Below, piece after piece: positions 38,811-47,920 of a stretch of 64,000 nt of DNA. How positions within the stretch are numbered: the first letter of the stretch is position 1; the number at the start of each line of letters is the position of its first letter. The stretch lies in the NCBI GenBank assembly GCA_963667675.1, contig OY763929.1, positions 814,358-878,357 on the forward strand. Direction: 5' to 3'. Below the pieces are notes generated by a model. It made no database searches, was not told the DNA's origin, and worked only from the letters and a program-made list of their open reading frames with translations. The position numbers and the translations under genes were made by a program. The stretch is from Dehalococcoidia bacterium. Its GTDB lineage: Bacteria; Chloroflexota; Dehalococcoidia; Lucifugimonadales; UBA3495.

Positions 38811-39719
38811 CTATTGCCCGGGGTCGGAGTCCAGGCGTTGGCCTAACTCGGAAAGGAACTGCTCAATTTCAGGGGACAGGGTAGCCGTGGGGGCGGACCT
38901 CTCGGAGGCGGACCTGGAGGAGTCCACTCGAGAGTCGTAGTAGGCTTCCATCTGCTGGATGACGTCCTTGAGCTCGGAGTTGCGCTCCAGGCTGGCGTTC
39001 AGCTCCCGGTATTGACGCTGGCCCCGCCGCATTGGAGCCAGGTCTGCGGGAATATTGTCGTAGACGGCGGAAAGGGCCTCGATCATCTTTGAGGCGCCGG
39101 CGTAGTCTTCCTCCAGCCGGACGTAGTGGGGAAGGTGCACCATGAAGCCGATGGCCTCGATACCGAGGGCGTCGATGCCCTCGGACAGCAAGTTCATTAT
39201 GGTTGTGGGACCCTGGTATGTACTGGACCCCAACTTTAGGTTGGGAACATCCCTGCTGGGCTGCACCTGCCCCAGGGTGCCGGAGACCATCAAGGGCCTG
39301 GTATGCGGCACGGCGTCGTACATGGCGCCGATGCGGCAGTAGCGCTTCACGTCGAAGTGCTTGATAACTTCCAGCAGGGAATCGACGTAGTCTTCCCCGT
39401 TGGAGTGGGGCTCGAGCAGGTGGAAGAACAGGAAGTCGGGCCCTTCTTCCGTCTTGGCGTAGCGGATGATGGTGTTTGGAATAGTGAATTCCCTCTTTCC
39501 ATCCGCCAAGCGCACGGTAGGCCGGTACCTTGTGAAGTCGAAGAACTCCCCCGGACGGGAGAGGCGACCCAACTCATTGGATACCAGGAACCGCTCCAGA
39601 CGGTTAAGGGTCAGAGTGCCCACGCTGCCGACGTCCACCCATGGCCGGACCATGGCGAACACATGGGGCTCCCGGAACTCGGGCGCGGGGTCATGGATAT
39701 CGAAGGCCCCCACTCTCAT
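38811..39719 (-). CDS. PAC2-family (proteasome-assembly-chaperone-like) protein
   Basis: 302 aa from ATG 39719 (MRVGAFDIHDP...). VRPWVDVGSVGTLTLNRLERFL resembles the PAC2 N-terminal region from memory. The tracked ORF extends to 39929 with implausible composition. Confidence 0.55.
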   Translation of the reverse strand: MRVGAFDIHDPAPEFREPHVFAMVRPWVDVGSVGTLTLNRLERFLVSNELGRLSRPGEFFDFTRYRPTVRLADGKREFTIPNTIIRYAKTEEGPDFLFFHLLEPHSNGEDYVDSLLEVIKHFDVKRYCRIGAMYDAVPHTRPLMVSGTLGQVQPSRDVPNLKLGSSTYQGPTTIMNLLSEGIDALGIEAIGFMVHLPHYVRLEEDYAGASKMIEALSAVYDNIPADLAPMRRGQRQYRELNASLERNSELKDVIQQMEAYYDSRVDSSRSASERSAPTATLSPEIEQFLSELGQRLDSDPGQ

Positions 39720-39832
39720 GGCCCTATGTTGCCAGAAACGGCAGGACAATTCAACTTTGGCAACCGCCGGGCCGCGCCTGGAGGGGGTTGCCGGTGGATC
39801 CCCTGCTAACGGCGGCGAACAGACCGCCGGGA

Positions 39833-40420
39833 CTACTTTCTCCTGGCGGCCCGAGGCGACCTGGCCTTTTCCACCTGCTCCATCACAAAGTGGGCGACGT
39901 CGCGGTACAACGGCTCGTCCAGGTTGCAACCCTGCAGCAAGTTGACCTCCGGATGCAAGTCGTCCATTAGCTGCTTGACCCGGGACTCTCCATGACGGCC
40001 GGCCAGGACGAAAGCTATGCCCCGATGGTCGCGGGCGTTGGCATCGTCTTGCTCTTCGGCCGTTTCCAATTCCTGCTCATACTCCACCCTGTCCGCAACC
40101 GACAGCGCCTGGGCAGCTTCTTTGTGGAGATTCTCGATTTGGCGCAGGGTGGTGTACAGTTCGTTGATGGCCCTGGCCGCGGATCCCAACAGTTCGGGCA
40201 CTCGGGCCTGCTTGTCATTGGCCGTCCCAACGCACTGCCTGGCCTGGTCCATGTGGGACATCCTGACCCGTTCCTGCTCGGCGGACTTGTCCTTCTTGGC
40301 CTTTTCGGTGCGCAGGCTAGGGGCTTCGGAAGCCAGGGGTTGCAGCCGGGACACCTCGGTCTCGGCCTGTTCAGCGACCCGCAACCTTTCTTCCAGGGTT
40401 TCAGCGTATACACTCGGCAT
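39833..40420 (-). CDS. hypothetical coiled-coil protein
   Basis: ATG 40420 preceded by GGAGGAG. 195 aa, charged and helical. No family recognised. Confidence 0.45.
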   Translation of the reverse strand: MPSVYAETLEERLRVAEQAETEVSRLQPLASEAPSLRTEKAKKDKSAEQERVRMSHMDQARQCVGTANDKQARVPELLGSAARAINELYTTLRQIENLHKEAAQALSVADRVEYEQELETAEEQDDANARDHRGIAFVLAGRHGESRVKQLMDDLHPEVNLLQGCNLDEPLYRDVAHFVMEQVEKARSPRAARRK

Positions 40421-40661
40421 AGTCATCTCCTCCACCGATCTCTGGGTACACCCCCCTCCGGCGGTCAGCCGGGTCCTCTACGGAGTGCACGCGATATGGG
40501 ATTATCGGCGGGCGGGCAGGTTACGCGCCTGTCCGCCTGTCGATCCACTGGGAATATACCGCAACGTCCGGCAGGCTGCATACGTGTTGCCGCTACCAGT
40601 TTTGGTCAATTTTTGCACAAGGCGGGAGTTTTGGCCTATTCTGGAAGCAAGGAATTGACCG

Positions 40662-41789
40662 ATGCGGCAAGCCGCCTTTGTTTACGACGACGCCCTCTCG
40701 CGTCACCATCTGCGCAGCGACCACCCCATGCGGCCGGTGCGCTTGCATTACACCTGCGAACTGCTGCGGGCCTACGGCGCTTTCGACCTGGCGGCCTCGG
40801 CCATGACGCCGCCCCGGGCTGCAACCGAGGAAGAACTAAAGTGGCTGCACGGCGCCGAATACATTTCGGCGGTGCGGAGCTTCAGCCTGGGCCTGGCCGG
40901 GTACGACCCGCGGCGGTTTAATTTCTCGGCCGGCGGCGACAATCCGACGTATCCTGGAATGTACGATGCGGCGGCGCTGAGCACTGGGGCCTCGCTGGCG
41001 GCGGCGGAGTTGGTGGCCGACGGCAAGGTCGACGCGGCCTTCAGCATTTCCGGCGGCTTGCACCACGCCGCGCCGGACCACGCTTCGGGGTTCTGCGTGT
41101 TCAACGACCCGGCGTTGGCGATACATTACCTGCTGCGCCGGGGGCTGCGGGTGGCCTACGTGGACATCGACGCCCATCACGGCGACGGGGTGCAGGAGGC
41201 CTTCTACGACGACGACCGGGTGCTGACCATATCCGTCCACGAGTCGGGGCAATACCTGTTTCCGGGGACGGGATTCGTGCAGGAACTGGGCACGGGCAGG
41301 GGCGCCGGGTATTCGGTGAACCTGCCCCTGTACCCGTACACCGGGGACGAGGTCTACCTGGAAAGTTTCCACGCGGTGGTCCCGCCGCTGCTGCGGGCCT
41401 TCGCCCCCGACGTGCTGGTGACCCAACTGGGTATCGACAGCTATCACACCGACCCGCTTACCCATCTGCAACTCACCACGCGTGGGTTCGTGGAGGCGGT
41501 GGCGACGTTCTCGCAGATGGGCATCCCCTGGCTGGCCCTGGGAGGCGGAGGGTACGACGTGATGGCGGTGGCGAGGGCGTGGACGCTGGCCTACGGGGTC
41601 ATGCTGGGAGTGGAGTGGCCCGACGCCATCCCGGATTCTTTTGCCCGGCAATATGGAGTTGCCAAGCTGCGGGACTCGACCGCGCCGGAAGCGCCGCAGC
41701 ACATTGCGCGGGACGCGCGGAGTTACGTGGAGGAGCGGGTAGCCGAGGTGAAGGAGAAGGTGTTTCCCGCGCACGGGCTGGAGGGTTAG
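40662..41789 (+). CDS. acuC: histone deacetylase-family protein (AcuC / acetoin utilisation-type)
   Basis: GGLHHA, DIDAHHGDGVQEAF and GGGGY motifs. Confidence 0.9.
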   Translation: MRQAAFVYDDALSRHHLRSDHPMRPVRLHYTCELLRAYGAFDLAASAMTPPRAATEEELKWLHGAEYISAVRSFSLGLAGYDPRRFNFSAGGDNPTYPGMYDAAALSTGASLAAAELVADGKVDAAFSISGGLHHAAPDHASGFCVFNDPALAIHYLLRRGLRVAYVDIDAHHGDGVQEAFYDDDRVLTISVHESGQYLFPGTGFVQELGTGRGAGYSVNLPLYPYTGDEVYLESFHAVVPPLLRAFAPDVLVTQLGIDSYHTDPLTHLQLTTRGFVEAVATFSQMGIPWLALGGGGYDVMAVARAWTLAYGVMLGVEWPDAIPDSFARQYGVAKLRDSTAPEAPQHIARDARSYVEERVAEVKEKVFPAHGLEG

Positions 41790-41884
41790 GCCCTTCGAGA
41801 GCCTCATGGTGAACGGGTGGGGGGCGCTGATGATCCTTGACGCCGGCTGTCCGTTCGCCCTGAGGGAAATTGAAGGGCGAACGG
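41788..41884. repeat. hairpin repeats (families B and A)
   Basis: ggcccttcgagagcctcatggtgaacgggtgggg, then ccgttcgccctgagggaaattgaagggcgaacgg (11-bp perfect stem). Confidence 0.55.
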
Positions 41885-41929
41885 ATAGCCGGCGTTGCAG
41901 CCAGCGCGGTGTGTGACGCCGGAGTCGGT

Positions 41930-42241
41930 CTACCGCTGAAAAATAGTCCGGCGCAGCAATTCGTTTAGCCGGGTCTGCCAGCCGGGGCCGGTGGACCGGA
42001 GATGGGCTGTTATGTCCGCGTCCAGCCTCAGTGTTATTCGCTCTTTGACCGGAGCCTTCTGTTTGCCGCGCCTCCGTAGTGAATACTCGACCAACTCAGG
42101 ATGTACCTCCGCGGCGGGCCGGGCGCGGGCGAACCAATCGTCGTCCAACTCCGGCGCGTCGGGGTCCAGGGCGATGCCCCTGTTGATCTCCAACTCTTCC
42201 TCAGGAGTTGGGCTGATGTGAGTGGGCTTAAGCTTGGGCAT
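41930..42241 (-). CDS. brnA: BrnA-family antitoxin
   Basis: KERITLRLDADITAHLRSTGPGWQTRLNELLRR is the BrnA C-terminal pattern. ATG 42241 overlaps the toxin end by 14 nt. Confidence 0.75.
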   Translation of the reverse strand: MPKLKPTHISPTPEEELEINRGIALDPDAPELDDDWFARARPAAEVHPELVEYSLRRRGKQKAPVKERITLRLDADITAHLRSTGPGWQTRLNELLRRTIFQR

Positions 42242-42491
42242 ATTGCCTAATCTCCCTGGAATTGGCCTTGCGCAGGCTGATAATGCGGCACTTGCCGCCC
42301 CGCATGGTATAGACCACGTAGTGCAGCCGGTCGCCGATGTATCCCAAGGCAACATAGCGGGCTTCTCCGCGCCGGGGACTTGGCGAGATGGCGGCGGTCT
42401 GCCACTCGAATATCTCCATGTCCAAGAAGTCGACGCCGTTATGCTTCGCTAGGTTGTCTTGGCGCTTGGCCTCATCCCATTCGTACTCGAT
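42228..42491 (-). CDS. brnT: BrnT-family toxin homologue with no canonical start codon in front of its conserved N-terminus
   Basis: The open frame back to the stop at 42513-42515 encodes YCLYNKGIEYEWDEAKRQDNLAKHNGVDF...RIISLRKANSREIRQY. The YEWDEAK..N..KHGV motif lies upstream of the first ATG/GTG/TTG (TTG 42425). The 5-prime end is set at the ATC codon (42491) and is uncertain. Confidence 0.55.
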   Translation of the reverse strand: MEYEWDEAKRQDNLAKHNGVDFLDMEIFEWQTAAISPSPRRGEARYVALGYIGDRLHYVVYTMRGGKCRIISLRKANSREIRQYAQA

Positions 42492-42563
42492 GCCCTTATT
42501 GTACAGACAATATCATGCTTTGTCAGGTCTGTCTGTCAGCCCAACCAAGAGGCAATGACTGAA

Positions 42564-43961
42564 TTATGCCGAGGCGGCCCTCTCCTCGTCGTCGTACTCT
42601 TCAGGCATAACTACGAACTCGGGGTACGCCTCGATGTGCAGTTCGACGACATCCTGGCCCAGGCGTTCCGCTTCGGGCGACACCCTCAGACCCAGCGTCC
42701 GGTCCAATGCCAGCCAGATGAGGCCCGAGGCAGCGAACACGAAGGCCCCGATAGCGGCTATGCCCATTAGCTGTATGTCCCACTCGCCGCCCGCGGCGAT
42801 GCACACCGCCAGCGTGCCCCAGATGCCGGCGAACAGGTGGGCGGGAATGGCCCCTACTACGTCGTCGAGCTTGACCATTTCCAGCAACTTCAGGCCCCCG
42901 GTGCACAGCAAGCCGCCGATGGCCCCGATGATGACCGCCCAGTAGTGGTCCACGATGTCGGGCCCGGCGGTGATGGAGACCAGCCCGGCGATGGCGCCGT
43001 TGAGGCCGGCGAAAAGGTCTATGCGGCCCAGGAGGGGACGGGATATGGCGAGAGCGGCCATCACTCCGGCCGCCGCCGCCAGGTTGGTGTTGACCAGCAC
43101 GTGGCTCATGGACACCGCGTCCAGCGCGCTGCCCAGGGCCAGTTGGGACCCGCCGTTGAAGCCGAACCAGCCAAGCCAGAGGATGAACACCCCCAGGGTC
43201 ACCAGCAGCACGTTGGACGGCGGAGTGGGTCGTACTGACCCGTCGCGCCGGAACTTGCCCAGCCGCGGCCCGATAATCAACACGCCGGCCAGCGCCGCCC
43301 AGCCGCCGGTGCTATGGACGATGGTGGAGCCGGCAAAGTCCTGGAATCCCTGCTCGGCCAGCCAGCCGCCGCCCCAGGTCCAGGCTCCGACTATGGGATA
43401 AATGACTGCGGTAAGGGCCAGGGTGAACACGAAAAACATCCACATTTTGACCCTTTCGGCGATGGCGCCGGACACTATCGACGCCGCGGTGGCCACGAAG
43501 ACCATCTGGAAGAACCAGTCGGACATGGAGGAATAGCCGCCCTTTACGACGTCGGCCACCTTCTCCGCCTGGCCGCCCACCAAGGCGGCCTCGGCGGCGC
43601 TAGCTCCGGGCAAGCCGTCGATGGAGCCGATGAAGCCGCCCAGCAAGTCGCCGTACATCAGCTTGTAGCCCAGGAAGAAGTAGGCCAGCCCGGCGATGGA
43701 ATAGATGCCGATGTTCTTCAGGCAGATCATCGAGGCGTTCTTGGTGCGGACCGCGCCGGACTCCAGCATGGTGAACCCGGCGCACATCCACATCACCAGC
43801 GCGCCCCAAATCAGGAAGGCGAAGGTGTTTAAGACGAACTGGGTCTCGTCGTCGACGCCCGCGGCCTGGGCAATGGCCGGGCGGGCGAGGATAGCCCCAA
43901 TAGTAATGATACCGGCTATCAGCGTAATGGCGATTCGGTTGCGGTTGGCGAGTATGTTCAT
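42564..43961 (-). CDS. amt: ammonium transporter
   Basis: AGFTMLESGAVRTKN signature and ~11 TM helices. ATG 43961 (MNILANRN). Acidic C-terminal extension. Confidence 0.9.
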   Translation of the reverse strand: MNILANRNRIAITLIAGIITIGAILARPAIAQAAGVDDETQFVLNTFAFLIWGALVMWMCAGFTMLESGAVRTKNASMICLKNIGIYSIAGLAYFFLGYKLMYGDLLGGFIGSIDGLPGASAAEAALVGGQAEKVADVVKGGYSSMSDWFFQMVFVATAASIVSGAIAERVKMWMFFVFTLALTAVIYPIVGAWTWGGGWLAEQGFQDFAGSTIVHSTGGWAALAGVLIIGPRLGKFRRDGSVRPTPPSNVLLVTLGVFILWLGWFGFNGGSQLALGSALDAVSMSHVLVNTNLAAAAGVMAALAISRPLLGRIDLFAGLNGAIAGLVSITAGPDIVDHYWAVIIGAIGGLLCTGGLKLLEMVKLDDVVGAIPAHLFAGIWGTLAVCIAAGGEWDIQLMGIAAIGAFVFAASGLIWLALDRTLGLRVSPEAERLGQDVVELHIEAYPEFVVMPEEYDDEERAASA

Positions 43962-44118
43962 AGGCCCTCGCAGGATATGAATTAACCCGTTTGCGGGAAA
44001 TCCGCGGTTGAAGTCCACGGTTGTGGTTCGGCTCTATTTTTCACCAACCCGCCGGGATTTGCAAGGGGTGGGGGCGGGGTTGAAGAGCCAGGAGTTGCGA
44101 GACTCCCGCCCCCATCCA

Positions 44119-44383
44119 GTCATTCCCGCGGAGGCGGGAATCTCGCGCCCTGCCCCCATCCGTTCGCCCTGAGGGAAATCGAAGGGCCTCCAACAGTCCA
44201 CTGTAGGGGTAGGCCTTGTGCCTACCCTAGCCCCGGCTGTAGAGGGTGCCTACCAGGGACGCCCCACCCGTCATCCTCGCGCAGGCGAGAATCTAAGACC
44301 CTTGGCGGCAGCCCGTCTTGAGCAAGCAATCCCCAACCGTTCTCAGTCCCTCATCCGCTCATGGTGAGCTTGTCGAACCATGG
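44119..44383. repeat. cluster of hairpin repeats (families C, A, D, C, B)
   Basis: agtcattcccgcggaggcgggaatctcg; ccgttcgccctgagggaaatcgaagggc; ctgtaggggtaggccttgtgcctaccctag; ccgtcatcctcgcgcaggcgagaatctaag; cgctcatggtgagcttgtcgaaccatgg. Confidence 0.6.
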
Positions 44384-44575
44384 AAAGGGTATTTTCAAAC
44401 GCGCACCCTCGTGGAAGACCCGCCGCATCCCGCCCGTCATACGTCAGAATGCCCTCGAACCCAAGCGCAGTCCTATAAATCGCCATGACATATATGCGAT
44501 ACTCTACCCGGTGCTCAAGTCCCACACCCCTGCGCCCTCCACCATCTACGCCAGTCATGTATCGAACCGAGGAAA

Positions 44576-45880
44576 ATGAAGCCAAAGGCTAAGCAGGACT
44601 ACTTGGTCGTGCAGAAGGGGGCCAAGCCGGCGAAGCGAGACGGCTGGCGCGAGGTGCCATTCAGTGAAGCAGTGCAAATCAACCCTGCGGTACAACTTGA
44701 ACGTGGCGCGGTTTACCCCTTCGTAGATATGGCAGCGGTGACTCCCGATTCAAGAAGCACTAGCTCTACTGGGGAGCGAGGCTTCAAGGGCAGCGGCTCC
44801 AGGTTCCAAAGCGGCGACACGCTCATGGCTCGCATTACTCCATGCTTGGAGAACGGGAAAATCGCCCGCTATCAGGCCATGGGAGACAAACAGAAGGCTC
44901 ACGGCTCAACTGAGTTCATAGTCATTCGTGGCCGTTCAGGCGTTACGGATAACGACTTCGCCTACTATCTAACTCAGTGGGAAGAAGTCCGCAACTACGC
45001 TATCGGCCAAATGACAGGCACTTCGGGGCGCCAAAGGGTCCCTGTGGATTGCCTAGACCATTTGGAAATCCCCCTCCCACCCCTCCCCGAACAGCAGGCC
45101 ATCGCCCACATCCTCGGCACGCTGGACGACAAAATAGAGCTAAACCGCCGCATGAACCAGACCCTTGAGGAAATGGCCCGCGCCATCTTCAAGTCCTGGT
45201 TCGTAGACTTTGACCCCGTCCGCGCCAAAATGGAAGGCCGCGACGCCGGCCTGCCGCCCGACCTCGCCGCCCTCTTCCCCGACCGCCTAGTGGACTCGGA
45301 GCTTGGGCAAATCCCGGAGGGGTGGGCAGTGAAACCGTTGGGGGAAGTGATAGAGATTCACGATAATAAGCGCATTCCCTTGAACAATCGTCAGCGCGCA
45401 GAGCGGCAGGGTGCTTATCCTTACTATGGCGCCGCTGGCATCATGGATTACGTTGATGACTATCTCTTTGATGGTGTCTACGTGCTGGTCGGAGAAGATG
45501 GCTCAGTTGTTAATGACGAGGGTTATCCAGTAGTGCAATATGTCTGGGGGCAGTTTTGGGTCAACAACCATGCTCATGTACTTCGCGCTAAGCATGGTGT
45601 TGGCCTAGAGCAACTCTATTTGTTCCTCAAACAAACCAACATCGTGCCTTATGTGACAGGAGCAGTTCAACCAAAGCTCAGTCAGACGAATCTTTGCTCC
45701 GTTCCCTTTTCGCTTCCAAGTCAAGCTGTTAGTTTAGCCTTTGCAGATATAGCGGGCTCACTATTTCAACAAATACGCCGCATAGCCGATGAATCGCACA
45801 CTTTGGCCGCGCAGCGGGATACGCTACTGCCGAGGTTGGTGAGCGGGGAAATATTCTTACCGTGCCTAAGAGGGGATTAA
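44576..45880 (+). CDS. hsdS: Type I restriction-modification specificity subunit
   Basis: Two target-recognition domains separated by the conserved LPPLPEQQAIAHILGTLDDKIELNRRMNQTLEEMARAIFKSWFVDF region, with a C-terminal conserved region (LAAQRDTLLPRLVSGE). Confidence 0.85.
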   Translation: MKPKAKQDYLVVQKGAKPAKRDGWREVPFSEAVQINPAVQLERGAVYPFVDMAAVTPDSRSTSSTGERGFKGSGSRFQSGDTLMARITPCLENGKIARYQAMGDKQKAHGSTEFIVIRGRSGVTDNDFAYYLTQWEEVRNYAIGQMTGTSGRQRVPVDCLDHLEIPLPPLPEQQAIAHILGTLDDKIELNRRMNQTLEEMARAIFKSWFVDFDPVRAKMEGRDAGLPPDLAALFPDRLVDSELGQIPEGWAVKPLGEVIEIHDNKRIPLNNRQRAERQGAYPYYGAAGIMDYVDDYLFDGVYVLVGEDGSVVNDEGYPVVQYVWGQFWVNNHAHVLRAKHGVGLEQLYLFLKQTNIVPYVTGAVQPKLSQTNLCSVPFSLPSQAVSLAFADIAGSLFQQIRRIADESHTLAAQRDTLLPRLVSGEIFLPCLRGD

Positions 45881-47838
45881 TGCTTACCGACACGCTTACA
45901 AGTCTTGCAATCCTGAAGGTGAACATTGATCAAGGTAAAGATTATCTTGACTACCTCCGGCCTTTCATTCTTCAGGTCCTTGTAGAAGAGAAACCAGACG
46001 AAATCTCAGATACCGTCATTAGCAACCTGATAAGAGCGCGATTTGGATTGGAAATCCCGGACGGCACTGTTCATATAGTCTTGAGACGCTTATCTAGGGC
46101 ATATCCAATCAAGAGAGAACGCGGTGTATATCGTATAACAGGCCACATACCTGACCCTGGTATATCAGCCAAGCAAGTGGAAGCAAAGCGCCATGTTGAC
46201 GCAGTTGTAAATGGGCTGATGGAATTCTCATCTGGCTCGTTGAAGCCCTTCTCTGACAGAGACCGTACTGAAGCATCGATACGCACGTTTCTGGCTAATT
46301 TCAATGTATCGTGTTTGCGTGCCTACCGGAGGGGAACAGCAATTCCAGACCTCACCGACCAACAAGATACCGATATCGTACTGGTCAGTAAGTACGCCAT
46401 ACATCTCCAGAAAACCAATCCAGAGAGGTTTGACAGTTTTATGATCATGGTGCAAGGGCACATGCTCGCTAATGCCCTGCTTTGCCCTGACCTAAGTCAT
46501 GTGTCCGACCACTATAAGCAAGTAGCATTTTATTTAGATACGCCATTGCTTGTGCAACTCCTCGGTCTTGAAGGTAATGCCAAGCAAGATGCTGTTACAC
46601 AGCTACTTCGCTTGTTAAAGAACCTGGATGGTAAGGTACAAGCATTTTCTCATTCTCGCGATGAGTTGAGAGGGGTAATCCAAGCCGCCGCGATGAACTT
46701 GGAAATCCCTGATGGGAAAAGCCCCGTAGTCATAGAAGCGCGAAGGTCAGGGACTACAAAGTCCGACCTGCTTCTAGTTACAGAGCAAGTAGATAACCAC
46801 CTTAACAAGGCTGGCATAGAGATAACTACCACTCCTAGATATACTGAGTCTTACCAGATAGACGAACAAACATTCGAAGATATCCTCGCTGACGAGGTTT
46901 CCTACTCCAATCCTCGCGCTATGCTGAATGACATTAACTCTGTCCGAAGCATCTACGTTCTACGGAAGAACCTATCACCACCTTCACTAGAGAAATCCCG
47001 AGCTGTTCTGGTTACGAGCAACACCGGGTTCGCTGATGCGGCATGGAGGTATGAGCAGCAATTCCAGAACAATAGAGGCCCTAGAGAGGTATCAACCGTT
47101 ATAGGCGATCTCACCTTAGCTAACTTAGCGTGGCTAAAGGCGCCATTGGGAGCTACAACTCTCCCCAGCAGCGAAATAATTGCCTTGGCATACGCTGCTC
47201 TTGAACCTTCAAGGACGTTGCTAGACAAATATTTGGCAGAAATTGACCGACTGGAGCAACAAGGTGATATCTCCCCAAGAGACCATCAATTGCTCCGAAG
47301 TAGTCCAATGGCGTATGACGAGTTGGTTGCCCTAACTCTAGGCGACGAGACAACTTTGACCGAGGAAACGGTTAAAGAGACTCTGGACCGGATTTCTAGA
47401 GAGATCAAGGAAGAGGAAAGTGGAATGCTGGTCGCAGAGCAGAGTGCGCATCGGATAACCCAAGAGAAACTGAAAGAATCGCTTCAATTCAACAGAGACG
47501 TCCGGGAGCGGATTTACTGGCAATGCCACAGGAGGGCCGCGTTGTGGGCTAATGTAGCCGCTGTTCTAATTGGGGTCCTATTGATTGGCGATTTAGTAGC
47601 TGGCTTCATGGTATGGATATTTAATGGAACGTATATTGCGCTAGCTGTTGCTTCTCCCATTGCAATCGTCGCTGGGATATTGACACTGGTAAGCCGATGG
47701 TTTGGGATTTCGGTTATGGAGTTCCGTAGACGTGTACGAGAGTGGCTCTTTGATAGATTTCGTAAGCAGCAATCAAACACCACTGGCATTGAACTGAGGG
47801 GCGATACAGCGATACAGAATGAACAAATCAGAGAATGA
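45880..47838 (+). CDS. uncharacterised 652-aa protein with C-terminal transmembrane hairpin, coupled to hsdS
   Basis: ATG 45880 overlaps the hsdS stop (TAATG). AT-rich. Long uninterrupted ORF with protein-like composition. Two hydrophobic helices near the C-terminus. No family recognised by eye. Confidence 0.7.
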   Translation: MLTDTLTSLAILKVNIDQGKDYLDYLRPFILQVLVEEKPDEISDTVISNLIRARFGLEIPDGTVHIVLRRLSRAYPIKRERGVYRITGHIPDPGISAKQVEAKRHVDAVVNGLMEFSSGSLKPFSDRDRTEASIRTFLANFNVSCLRAYRRGTAIPDLTDQQDTDIVLVSKYAIHLQKTNPERFDSFMIMVQGHMLANALLCPDLSHVSDHYKQVAFYLDTPLLVQLLGLEGNAKQDAVTQLLRLLKNLDGKVQAFSHSRDELRGVIQAAAMNLEIPDGKSPVVIEARRSGTTKSDLLLVTEQVDNHLNKAGIEITTTPRYTESYQIDEQTFEDILADEVSYSNPRAMLNDINSVRSIYVLRKNLSPPSLEKSRAVLVTSNTGFADAAWRYEQQFQNNRGPREVSTVIGDLTLANLAWLKAPLGATTLPSSEIIALAYAALEPSRTLLDKYLAEIDRLEQQGDISPRDHQLLRSSPMAYDELVALTLGDETTLTEETVKETLDRISREIKEEESGMLVAEQSAHRITQEKLKESLQFNRDVRERIYWQCHRRAALWANVAAVLIGVLLIGDLVAGFMVWIFNGTYIALAVASPIAIVAGILTLVSRWFGISVMEFRRRVREWLFDRFRKQQSNTTGIELRGDTAIQNEQIRE

Positions 47839-47841
47839 CGC

Positions 47842-47920
47842 ATGACTGCCCTCACTGAAGCGGACGTTGAGCATGCAACCCTAGGTTGGCAGGTGGCGCG
47901 GCTGGTATATCGCGCCGGGC
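47842..47920 (+). pseudogene. possible 5-prime remnant of Type I restriction subunit hsdR
   Basis: An ATG 3 nt after the preceding stop encodes MTALTEADVEHATLGW, resembling the common HsdR N-terminal pattern (TE..VE.AAL.WL..LGY). From 47921 the frame runs into hairpin repeats and stops at 48016-48018. The evidence is only ~15 residues. Confidence 0.3.

Noticed and set aside
44361-44579. 72-codon ORF ending in ATGA overlap with the hsdS start, as a possible hsdM 3-prime remnant.
   Set aside because: The ATGA junction is suggestive. However, the translated sequence shows nothing I recognise from HsdM C-termini, and its 5-prime part is family B repeat DNA. It remains unsupported without a profile search.
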